Source: Paraspadella gotoi (lineage: Eukaryota; Animalia; Chaetognatha). From it: a stretch of 64,000 nucleotides of DNA. This document shows positions 1 through 11,062 of this stretch, piece after piece. The position numbers and the translations under genes were made by a program. Below the pieces are notes generated by a model. It ran no database searches. It had not been told where the DNA came from and saw only the letters and a program-made list of their open reading frames with translations. The stretch spans positions 10,433,042 through 10,497,041 of the forward strand of contig CM119265.1 in NCBI GenBank assembly GCA_051294375.1. Direction: 5' to 3'. Numbering within the stretch: position 1 is the first letter of the stretch; the number at the start of each line of letters is the position of its first letter.

Positions 1-25
1 GAGAGAGAGAGAGCGTGAGTTGTGG

Positions 26-123
26 GGGCATAGGCGTTTGTCGTAGCGTACCCCAGGGGCATAGGCGTTTGTCGTAGCGTACCCAAAGTCGGCAGGGCAT
101 AGGCGTTTGTCGTAGCGTACCCT
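26..123 (+). repeat. Three near-tandem copies of the 28-mer gggcataggcgtttgtcgtagcgtaccc
   Basis: Read directly at about 26, 57 and 96. Confidence 0.9.
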
Positions 124-414
124 GAGAAGGTTGCGTGTTCGATAGTAGGGCTCACCACTTATGGCAACAGCCGGGTTGCCTGTGATGCCCATTGGGATGG
201 GGCATCTCACTGTTGGCTTTGGGGGCTTCCGACCCTCAGTGACGCCTCCAGTCACTGGCGCGGTTACCCTAGGACGGTCTCGCTTTGCCAATGCAGAAGG
301 AAGTCGTTAGGACTGTGGATGGAACACTACGCCTGGGATGGTGTGTTCCCCCTCAGAGCCAATGTATTTGGCTGAAGGATGGTGGACATGAGGCGGTGTG
401 AATATACCGCCACA
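96..414 (+). mobile_element. Hairpin-rich dispersed element (SINE-like) in a TMEM120 intron, antisense to the gene
   Basis: B-box-like gaaggttgcgtgttcga; several hairpins; shares ordered sequence blocks with 44183-44429 (minus) and its 3' end with 41686-41696. Confidence 0.55.
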
Positions 415-534
415 ATCTATAATTTGGAACGCCGACGCCACTTATGTGCAAAACCACAGCAATATCGTCGCAAACGCAACGATAAAAATGATTTAGATTA
501 ACTCTATAACTGGGACCCAATAACGACGAGACAC

Positions 535-1049
535 CTTTGGCAGAACGTCTTCCATGTCGCGAATCTCGTTCTTTCTGACTCCGATTTCCTCCTTGATCTT
601 CTTGAGATCGGCGAGGACGGATGCGTCTTTGTCGACGCCATCGCCGCCCGCGCCGTCGTCCGTCTCCTCCGTTTTTGACGCCTCAGAATTTCGCTACGAA
701 GGATACAAACGAGGCGGGCGCCTCCTGAAATTTCCGAAACGCGAAAGCCTCCCCCCGGAGTCCCCCCCCCAATAGACTCACCCGATTTTCCTCGGCCAAG
801 GCGAGCTTGAGCGAAGAGTGAATCTCCCGCAGACGACGAGATTGACGACCGATTCCCGCCTTGCACTTGGATTGAAGCGCTTCGATCTCCTCCACCTGCA
901 AATTTGTGGCGTGGAGATATTTTTCAAAACGTATACATTATATTTATGAACCTTACCTTTGCTCGGTATTGCTTGTGCAGCTCTTCTAATTCTCCGAATT
1001 CGTCGCCGAGTTTCTCCCACTCAATTTTTATCTCATCCAATTTCGACAT
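535..1049 (-). CDS. TMEM120: TMEM120 (TACAN) family protein, first three exons; gene continues past the window start
   Basis: Spliced translation MSKLDEIKIEWEKLGDEFGELEELHKQYRAK/VEEIEALQSKCKAGIGRQSRRLREI.../...KNEIRDMEDVLPK matches the TMEM120 N-terminal coiled coil (DMEAYLPK in vertebrates); GT-AG introns keep frame. Confidence 0.8.
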
Positions 1050-2164
1050 TTTTCTTCTTTTTTAAAAAACGTCTCTTTTTTCTTTGTACATTGATCAATA
1101 ACAGTCGGACGCCGTGGGCAGTTTTAAGTTTAGGGGCGACCGACCATTACCAAAGAGAAGTCCAGTGCAATAATTACACTGAAAATGGATAATATAATGT
1201 AAAAAAATGTAGCTTAAGATACATAATATACCTTTTTAAGTAACTGGAATGACGAGAAGGACTACTCTAATAAAAAAAAAAAAAAAACATCTTCACGATC
1301 AATTACCAAGCATGATTGCAACGATTGAGCCCGTCGAAAAATTCTTTGGCATAAAAAAAAAATTATTAAAAACACCGATCGAAACCATGAAAATAATATA
1401 ATAAAGTATAAAGTAATATTAAAATATCAAATCCCGCCCTTCCGACACCGGGTGGCGAATTACATATTATTTCTTCATAATGGAAAGACGTGCGCGGTGA
1501 ATGGCAGAAAGGCAAATTCTTGGCCGTGAACAATCTATTAATCTACTATCTACGCAATAACAAACTGTAAAGGAAGGCAAATTGGACCGTTAAAAAAAAG
1601 ACCAACAAGGGAGAGACGCCTCGCAAAGCGGAGCGGACTCGCGATGCGAAAGCGGAAAGGCTTTGGCATGAATAACTGATTGACCTCACGAGAATAAACA
1701 ATGCTGTCGCCATCAGGATTAAGCGCAAAGAGAAGGCGTGGCCGTCGGCAGGGGGCGTTCTTAGAGAGGACAGCGCCCTCGCTCGAGAAGCGTTTCTCTG
1801 GATTATAATCGAACGCTTTCGTCTCCTTTCCCGTAAAATGTCAATCTTTGGCGGCGCGGTTGATTTACAGAGACATAGAAGTTTAAAAGGGGAAAATGGG
1901 TAAAACGTAAGGATTTTTTGCCAATGGTTAACGCTCCTACGAATTTTTTAAGTGCGAATCCGGTACATGTATGAAAAAATATTCGGTCAAAAAACGACCA
2001 GGGAAAAAAACTGATTCAATGATTGCTTCTTATTTCGTTTCGCCGAGGATTTCGGCGAGGAATGCTAGTACGTAAAAATACCGGTGAAAAAAAAATAATT
2101 TCAAAGGCAATTTGTGGGTGAGTGTGTGCGATATGTTGCATCTTCCCCAAAAAGGGTAACAAAT

Positions 2165-4769
2165 TCAACCTCGGGTCTTCACCTCCATGGTGGCCATGAC
2201 CTCCAGCAGTTCGGGTTGATTCTCCAAAATGACTAGAATGATTTTATCCACGTATTCCTTTAAATGTTTGTTGATGTCCTTCTCCTCCTGCACGAGTTTG
2301 ACGAGCTCTTCCCGAGAGGCGCGCTCCATCTCCGCCTCGAGACTGTCATCGGGCAAGCCGCCGCCGAGGCCACCCCGAGCACCACCGCCGCTCTCCATCC
2401 CCATCGTCATGATCTGAACTTGGAGCTCTTCCCTGCTCTCCCTCAACTCCGCGTTCTCGGCTCGAAGCGACTTCAGCTCCGCCTCTAGATCGGACACTTT
2501 GGACGGTAGATCGGCGAAGGACGGAGTCCGCATCTTCATCAGAGGTTGAGCGTCCGATTGGAAGGCTTTTAGCTCCTGAAGTAAAAGAAAAGAAGAAACG
2601 AAAAAATAAAGAAACACAAAAAGCGAAAAACCAGTAAACTTCATTCAGCAACCTCCATCTCCTTGGCCATATCCTCCAAGATTTCGGCCGTCTTTCTTCT
2701 CTCCGCCGCCATGCTCTTTTGTTCTTGCTCAAGCTCTTCGTTAGCCGATCTTTGCAATTCGGTCATCTCTTCGATGTCTCCATCTCGCTCCAGCAGACGC
2801 TCTTGCAGCCGCATCGTCTCCAACCTCGACGAGTCGAGCTCTCGCTGAAGGAGCCGCGCGGATTCCGAGGCTTTGTCCCTCTCGACGGCGAGACGAGAAT
2901 TTTGCTCCGACAGCAGATCCGCTTCTTCCCTTCGCGTCTGCTCCAATCGCGTCGTCGTTTCCTTAAAGGCGCGTTCGTCGTCGACGGCCCTTAGGCGGGC
3001 CACGTCCTCCACGGAGCGCACCTGATCTTCTAACTCGAAAGCCTTCTCGACGAGTCGCTGATTTTCGGCCTTGAGGGCGTCGACTCGGTCGTTGGCTTGC
3101 CGATTGTCCGTTCTCAGCTCGTCGACGAGACGCTCGAGCTCCACCACATGTGACCTTAATTCAGCGACGGAGTCGTCGTCTTCGGAGATGGGACCTTGGA
3201 CAGAGACAGAATCGTCGCTGCCTTCGCGACTGCGGTAAAGTTGAGAGGCCAGGGCCGAGGATGAGAGTTGACGTCTAAGGCTGGACGTCGAGGCACTAGA
3301 CAAAAAGAGAAATGGGATTTCAAATTCAAATGCAATTGAATTCTTCAATCTCATTTGCATATTGTAGCAGTTTAGATTGTTTCTCATATCTTTGCGTTAG
3401 TTTTTATTATACTATTTTTAGTAATATTTAAAATGATAATTTAGTAAGGTTTAATAATAATTAATTTTGACAAATAATATTTATTTTTTTCATAGTGAAT
3501 TTGTTGCTTTACTAATGGAAGTATTTTTCTTAATCTGAGAGACAGAAAAATTTCACTGGTAGACCTGAGACTTTCGGCGTTCGCGTCCATGGAGACGGCG
3601 AGAAAGGATTCCGAGTTGACGTCTTCGCCGAAATCCTCGAACTGCTCGGCCTCGACGAGGCGATCGGCGAGACGATCCACGTCGGTGAAGCTGAATACCG
3701 GCGTCTCGTCGAAAGGAGCGGCGTCGTCAAAAGGGGCGGCGCCGGCGTCCGGCACCGTTGGAACGATGGGCGTCGCGTAAATAAAGGGGTTGCTGAAGCG
3801 TGGTTCTGGCGGGTCGTTTGAAAGTTCGACGAGTGATTCTAAACGGTCGCGCTCTTCGTCGTCTGCGTCATCGTAAACCCCGAAGGCGGCGTCCATGATG
3901 TCATTGTCAAGCATGGGCGCCACCACCTCATCGTCGTCGGCGTGCATCGCTTCGACAGTGTCCGTTTTCGCTTCCTCGGTGGCATATTCGTGGGTTTTAT
4001 CGTCGGCGTTGGCCTCGTCGAGATCTTCGTCACGATCTTCCTCCCGATCCATATCCAGAGGAGCTACCATCGGCTCCAGACCGGCGACCTTCGAATCCTC
4101 GTCGTCGTTAGACTCAAGGTGCGCGAACTCCGAGGAGTGAAGAAAGATGGGGGCGTCAAGGCAGTCGGGACGCGGCTCGGGGACGTATTCGAAACTGGAG
4201 GAAGAGTCGCTTCCTTCTTTGGCATCCGGTCCCGCGGGTTCGACGCCTTCGCCTGAGGAAGAGGTCACGACGACATTTATGTCGTCTTCGTCATCGTCGT
4301 CCTCGATGATGACGTCGAGCGGAGATCCGACGGGAGAAGCACCGCCGTCGTCGTCGTCATCGTCCAAAAACGCCGAGGTGAAGACCTGAGCCGCTGACAA
4401 GATGCGAACGGGAGGAATATGATTTAGAGCCTGATCCACCGAAACCGAAGCCTCTTCGACGGAAGACTGCGACGAGACCTCCACCTTCGGCAGAGAGGCA
4501 AAGGAAGGGAGGAAATCGTCCGATTCTGCGACGCCAATGTCGGCGGCTTCGTGGGAGTGGGAAGCAGCGGCGGCGTCGGTGGTGGAGGCGTCTGCATCGC
4601 TTTTCCTTCTCTTCTTCCTCTTTGGTCTGACAGGCGCGGAAGGGTCGCAGGATTCCGAGGGATCGGAGGTTGGGGAAAAAGATTCGGGATTGGAAGAAGT
4701 GAATGACAACGCCCGTTGTCCGTCAGCTTCCAATTCCGTCAAAGGTGAGAAAGGATCGAAATTATCCAT
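2165..4769 (-). CDS. RAB11FIP4: Class II Rab11 family-interacting protein (RAB11FIP3/4, nuf-like), 3 exons
   Basis: C-terminal Rab11-binding domain EEKDINKHLKEYVDKIILVILENQPELLEV, long coiled coil, EQFEDFGE motif; long acidic N-terminus. Confidence 0.85.
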
Positions 4770-5027
4770 TTTTTTTCTTGGATATTTGTTTTTTCAAACT
4801 CGAGACATATTTGGTTTCATTTCGGGAGAGGATTGTAAAAAGCTGGACGGTATGCGTGGAAGTCAGTAAAAATTATAAAAATAATCCTAAAAAAAGAAAA
4901 TATTGTTAATCTCAATAACCATGATTCTGACAATTAAAACATTTCAGGTGTTTATAATCATTACAATGCATTACAATCATTACAAAGGACGAAAAATATA
5001 GCCGAATCATTCGCTTGGCCCCTCCGC

Positions 5028-5983
5028 TTACTCAACCGTCTTGATCGCAACAAAGGCACCCCCGGGGTATTGTGGTAATTCTAAAGTAATCCTTTCCAGA
5101 AGGAAGCGAGATGGTCTCGTGATCGGGAAAAAGTCTTTTCGCTTCTAATTCGGGAATGTTGGCCGGGATGACGCATTTTTGTCCGGTGTGCCAATCGACC
5201 GGCGTTGTCACCTTATGGGTTTAAAAAAAGTTATATGAGAGAAAACCTTAACAATGGGGAAATAATAAGCTAAGTAAACAACCTCCATCTTGGCGGTGAG
5301 CTGAAGAGCGTCCAACGCCCTGAGTATCTCGAAGAAGTTCCTGCCCGTCGACGCGGGGTAGAGTAAAGAGACTTTGAGCGTCCGGTCGGGTCCGATGATG
5401 TAGACGGCGCGGGCTGGGAGAGGCATGCCCTGGTCATCCTCTTCGTCGGGGTCTAACATTCCCAACTGATTTATTTAAAAAAAATTGCTTTGTTTGCTAA
5501 TTGTTTGCGCGAAAGAAGACAATTAAAATGATACCTGTGTAGCTATGAGCTTTTCATCGTCGGCTATTATCGGAAAGGATAGATGCTTTGGATGACTACC
5601 CGAAATCTTCTCTTCATAGGATTCGATGTCTTTTATCCATTGCTCATGATCGAAGACGCTGGAAAAAAAAAACTTTCAATTCACCCAATTCAACTCACCC
5701 TCCCCCCCACCTCACCCAGCTCCCTGAAAATTCCTCCCACGCACTCATTAGACGAGAGAGCGATCAACTTGCAGCTCCTCTTGGCGAACTCTGGTTGAAG
5801 CTGGAGCACTCTAGCCATTTCGCTGGTGGCGACCGGATTGAAGTCGGTGGGATGGGAGAAAAAGACCGCCCAAGTTCCGCCCAACCACTCGTGAAAATCA
5901 ATGGAGCCCTGGGTGGTCACTGCGAAGAAGTTGGGAAATACTCGACCGAGTCTGGGAAGTTCTTCTTCTACATTTTCCGCCAT
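5028..5983 (-). CDS. PRDX6: Peroxiredoxin-6 (1-Cys Prx)-like protein with the peroxidatic Cys replaced by Ala, 4 exons
   Basis: FFSHPTDFNPVATSE, ARAVYIIGPD, YPASTGRNF, TPVDW and LPSGKDYFR follow Prx6 over its full length. Confidence 0.9.
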
Positions 5984-6181
5984 TTTTATTTAAGATTTAT
6001 TTTTTGTATTTTTTGTTCTTGGACTGTACCTTTAAAATAAATATATCGAGTATAGAAGTACGTATCGAGAAAATAATAAAAATATACTAATATCGTAACA
6101 AATTCGTTTTGAAAACCCAAGTAAAAATTCATAAAGCTAATTAGTTTTTGTCACAGGTCAGATTGGGGGAAGTATCTTCGT

Positions 6182-9100
6182 TTAAACGCCGTAAGAGGGC
6201 GGGGCGCGAGAAAAGCAGAAGACGGTTCGATGCCGATATGAGTCTCTAGGGGTCAAAACTGGCGACGGGAACTCGGCACGGTTGACGGCGTTGGGATGGA
6301 ACTGCGTCTCGAAGCAGACGCCGGAATGGCGAGGGTAATCAGCGCCGTCTTTTCCACGCGGACCGTCGGAGGAGAGAAAGTTGCCTAACCAATAACTATC
6401 AGAAGGTTAGCTTGACTTCGCTGAAAACTGGAAATATTAGTAATCCAAATAACAGTTGGTAATTCACCAGTGTAAAGATGAAGGGCGGGCTTAGTGGTCC
6501 AAACGCTCATTCGTATCTTGGTGAGGTTGGAAACGAGTTCGGCGACCTTTTTTAAAGAGGGGTAGCCGTTTACCGGTACGTAGGAATCGCAGTTGGTGAA
6601 GTCGGCAAAGCTAAAAAAATTGTTAGTAAAGTTAAAGATCAATATTAAACCAAAATAGACATGACATAGAAATTTAATATTTTTTACCCTTAACTCCATT
6701 TATTATGTCATACCTATTATCGTAACCCCCGTAAGGGTTGTCGCTGGAGACCATGTGATCCAGTCTGTAACCCAACATCACAGGCTGGCGAAAGTCAAAA
6801 ACCCCACCCTCGACAGATTGAAGGGGGCCCACGCTGAGACCGTCAGAGTCCGTCGCTAAATATCTATCGGCAAACATCTGACAAATTAATCAGGAAAATG
6901 TGGATTAATTATTGTTGCAAACGTATATAGTAAGGCGGGCCAAAATTGAACACTTTTTATAACTTCTAGTTCTTTCAGAAAAAAAAAAATTTCCCTTTCT
7001 ATTACTAAATCGATTTTCAATGCAACTTTTTGAATTAGTACATTGGGTTGTTGCACTGAAGCTTTTAAATAATTATTAATATATAACAAATGACAAAATT
7101 CTTTTTTTTAAATTTTATCTTTTAAAAACAGATTCCTATAGAGTTTAAAAAGTTAAATGAATTAAATGAGTACTACAATTTTTTAAAATTTTGACAATAA
7201 ATTGGTTAAAAATAGAAAAAACACTAAAAAGTCATCATCATCATTGGCTGAATATTATAGTTTTTTAAAATTTTTATCAAAACATTTTAAATAATTGTAT
7301 TAATAACCTTTATCTAACTTTTAAAGCTCTACCAGCATCTATTTAAAAAAATATATATATAAAAAAAATTTTAAACTTTATACAGTAATAAAATAATCTT
7401 TAAATTCTTCTGTGCGCTTATTAATAAGATAAATTTGTGAAAATATTTTTATTTTTATATTCTTTAACAGTCACTTAACCATTATTTATTTGAGAGAACT
7501 TCTAGTTTTCAACCTGTTCCGGCCTAGTAAATAGTTGAGCGTAGTGAAAGTTATGTACGGAAATTTTAAAAGTCAATTATGAACAACATATTATCAGTGA
7601 ACATTAACTTGTAAAAAAAAATTAATTTTATATTTTTTAATTTCAGCAGTAGGCTATATTTATATATAGTACTATCCTTATAAAATCAAAAAAATTCAAA
7701 GTAGGCTTTTCTTAATTTTTATTGCAGATTTGAATTCCTCGTCAAAAGTTTATAAAAAAAATATAAATCATTTGTAAAAATGTTTTCATTAAGTGGGTTA
7801 AAAATTAAAAAAAACTATATTTAATATATAAAAAGTTAATTTTCAGCTTAAAATATAACTTTTTCTAATTTCTGACCCACTTAAGGAATTTTTTAAAAAA
7901 GAGTTATATTTCTTTTTATCAACTTTTTATGACGAATCCAAATCTGCAAAAAAATCTTTTAACATTTATTGGATAAGTACTAGTATAAATATGGCCTACT
8001 GCATAAATTGTAAAATTTATTATAAACTTTTTTATACATAAATGTTCATTAGTATAATATTGTTCGTTCCTCACTTTTAGAATTTTAATTTTAATTTTAA
8101 TTTTAGAAATTTTACTACGCCTTAGTAAATAGTATACAAACAATTTCAGACTGTCAACATGGCCAATTAGCCATTGGGCAAACCTGTAAATTCTGATCGT
8201 AGACGGATCCGCAATCGTGACCAGAGAGATTAAAGTAGGAATGGTTGGTAAGATTGACGACGGTGGTGGCCGTCGTCGTCGCTTCGTAGGCGATGGACAA
8301 CTCGTGAAGATCGGGGGAAGTGGAGGCAAGGGAGAAGGAAACGTCGACCGTGAGTTGACCAGGATATCCTTCGTCGCCGTCGGGACTCGTCAGTCGGAGA
8401 GACAGTTTATCTATGAGTGAGGTCAGGAACGATTTGATTGTTCTTTCTCCAAGGTTCATCAAGCCAAAGTGGAATTTGTCTAGTAGCATCACAGACTAAC
8501 TATGAAAAATTGCAATATTACTTGTTTTACTAAATTAGACTTTAAAATTTTATATTAAAATTTAAAATTTTAAAATAAATGTAAGAAATTAATAAATTTC
8601 ACTATATATTAGATTTAATTATATTCTTTATAATGTAATGGGGAGAGGGATGTTAGTGTTGTCTTCTGGAAATAGAGGGAGCATCTGTCCAACACAAAGT
8701 TAAAAGTTACTTTTTGCCCTTGTTTTCTAATTAGATATTCTTGTTAATAAGTCATTTATTGAAAATTTCAAAATATCTCAAAAGTCTGAAAAGAAAGGGA
8801 TGGAGAGGATAATTTGTCAAATGATTCATTATTGTTGAGGGTTAAGACGACAAAGAAGAATTGTATGTTCTGATATGCTTTCTTCATTCTTATTTATTAT
8901 ATTCTCATTAAATATTCCATCAGTTTCCGACTAAGTGGGGCATCCAAGAGCCTCCGACGCTCTGCAGCTTGAGATCTTACACATGGTAGCATTCATAACC
9001 TTAAAAAAGTACAAGTAAGAATCGCTCACACTTACTCTACCCGGATCTTCCTCGCGAATCCTCTTCCACATCCATTTGTCGAATCCCTTGACACCTCCGT

Positions 9101-9601
9101 GGAGATGGTTGGGACCGTTGTTGGCCTTCAACGAGAACTCGCGATTTTCCAAACGAAAGCGAGCGCCGCCGATACGATTGGCGCAGCGACCGACGGTGGC
9201 GCCGAGATAGAAGGGGGCCTCTTCGTAACTCCTGACGTAAAACAGTTTTTAAAAACAATACCATACAAGCTAATAAAATATTACTTTTAAACTAATAAAA
9301 ACTAGTAATGATAAAAAAGTATTTTTTAAACAAATTAAACAATGAACCAATGAACCAGACAATGACAGTCGTAATATTAATTACTGAGATACAGTTTACA
9401 ATCAAATTACATATACCTTAAGTCATCGTAACCGAGGACGACATCGACGATTTTTCCGTCCTTGGCCGGAATCCGCAGCGACGTGATGGAAGCGCCGTAG
9501 TTAATAACTTTGACGGATGCGCCCGAGTCGTTGGTCACCGTCCACTCCAGGGCCTCCACTCCGGAAGAGGATCGTCCGAACGATGCTTCCGAGATGCCCA
9601 T
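6182..9601 (-). CDS. GALM: Aldose 1-epimerase / galactose mutarotase, about 6 exons
   Basis: [47 protein letters not shown]; catalytic His and Glu present. Confidence 0.93.
6934..8121. mobile_element. AT-rich TIR element in a GALM intron, related to the 10120-10583 MITE
   Basis: Left end ggcgggccaaaattgaacacttt matches the reverse complement of 10560-10583; degenerate right TIR tttactacgcc. Confidence 0.55.
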
Positions 9602-10119
9602 CTTCGAACGAACCGGCGAAATGTTTTCTTCTTTTCAATTTTGGCTCAATTTTCTGTAGGGGATTCTCTATCATCTCGGTTCCTCCTTCCTGTCGCGAGG
9701 GATGACTTAAGTTTTCGTGCGCGTTCCCTATTTTTGTTCTCTTTATGATTCATATGATTTTTTTAGGGGGTGGATTTCGGAGCGAGCACGACGACCGAGA
9801 CGGATTACAGAAGATAAGAGACGAAAAGAGAGAAAGGTCGCCGAATATCAGTCGAATCCAACGAATCTTATCTTTTTGTTTATATAGTTATAAATTACAT
9901 CCGCGGTCGGATAACTAGAATAAAAATAGTAGTTCGAGTAGGAAAAAATACGAAATTTTAAGTCGATTCCTTCGCCGAAGGACCAATCGAAATATTTTTT
10001 TTTCTTAAATAAAACGGAGCAAACAAATAATTGCGGAAATGGTTGCAAAAAATTCATATGATGTTAACAATAAAACAGAACCAAAAAATCTTAAAAGTAT
10101 AGTTAGCCATAGGCATTAA

Positions 10120-10583
10120 GGCGGAACAAAGTAAAAACTAAGAGTTGCGTAATATAAATAACGTTAGAGAATCTCTGTGGGATGACGAAATAAAAAAAAA
10201 ATTAAGATTTTATATATAGATAATAACATAGAAGCATTTAAAGTTTATCAAAATCAGAATTTTTAAAAAACGGATTCGGGTAGAGATTGAAAAAATAAAT
10301 AAAAAATATTACTACAAGATTTCAAATTTTTTTGTTTTATTGCTTAAAAATAGCAAAAACTATAAAAATTATGGTACGACGATGATGATGATTTTAAAAA
10401 GTTTTCCATTATTTGACCCACTTATTATCGAAATATTGAAAAACGACAACTTTTTATGGGCTACCTGAATCCGTTATTAAAAAATAATTTTTTTAAAAAT
10501 ATTTTTTTATTTCCTATGCATATGCAAATTAATTTTATATTCCAGAACTCTTAATGATAAAAAGTGATCAATTTTGGCCCGCC
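10120..10583. mobile_element. MITE with TTAA target duplication and GG...CC termini (Kolobok-like), nested in a HINE-like element at about 10084-10722
   Basis: ttaa|ggcggaacaaa ... tttggcccgcc|ttaa. Confidence 0.65.
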
Positions 10584-11062
10584 TTAATAGGCATAGCCAT
10601 AGCCAATGAAATTTAAATGATAGCGTGACGATGACGACGACAACGACGATTACGGTCACAAAGAAGCAAAGCGAATTAACATTTCACCCAAGTCGGGCTT
10701 TCGCCGGTCTGGCGAAATAAAAATTGAGAAAAAAAGAAGAGCAATTCCGGCGGCAATTCAATCAGGGGACTTCGGGAAGCAAGCAGGTCCCCATTCTCGC
10801 GCTGAAGGCAAAAAGATAGTCTCTCAAAGAAGTGCTTTGACGTTTTGCCGAGGTCTAGACCTGCATTTGTTGAAAGATTTGGGTTTATTAAATAAATCTG
10901 AAATTAAAATCCACGAGCAGTGAGGAATGAGAAATGATCAATTGTGAAAAAGCAATTATCCAAGGCTTTTTCACGCAAGATAAAATTATATTTTTAAAGT
11001 CAATTGACAAGCGAATAAAAAGAAATTTTTCAAAGTACAGCAGAATGAGAAAAGCAAATTTT

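Noticed and set aside
26-123. CRISPR-like 28-bp repeats
   Set aside because: Spacers are only 3-11 bp and the context is a eukaryotic intron
1546-1800. Hydrophobic ORF as a membrane-anchor exon of RAB11FIP
   Set aside because: No ATG start, and the available donor and acceptor give a different frame; more likely UTR or intergenic
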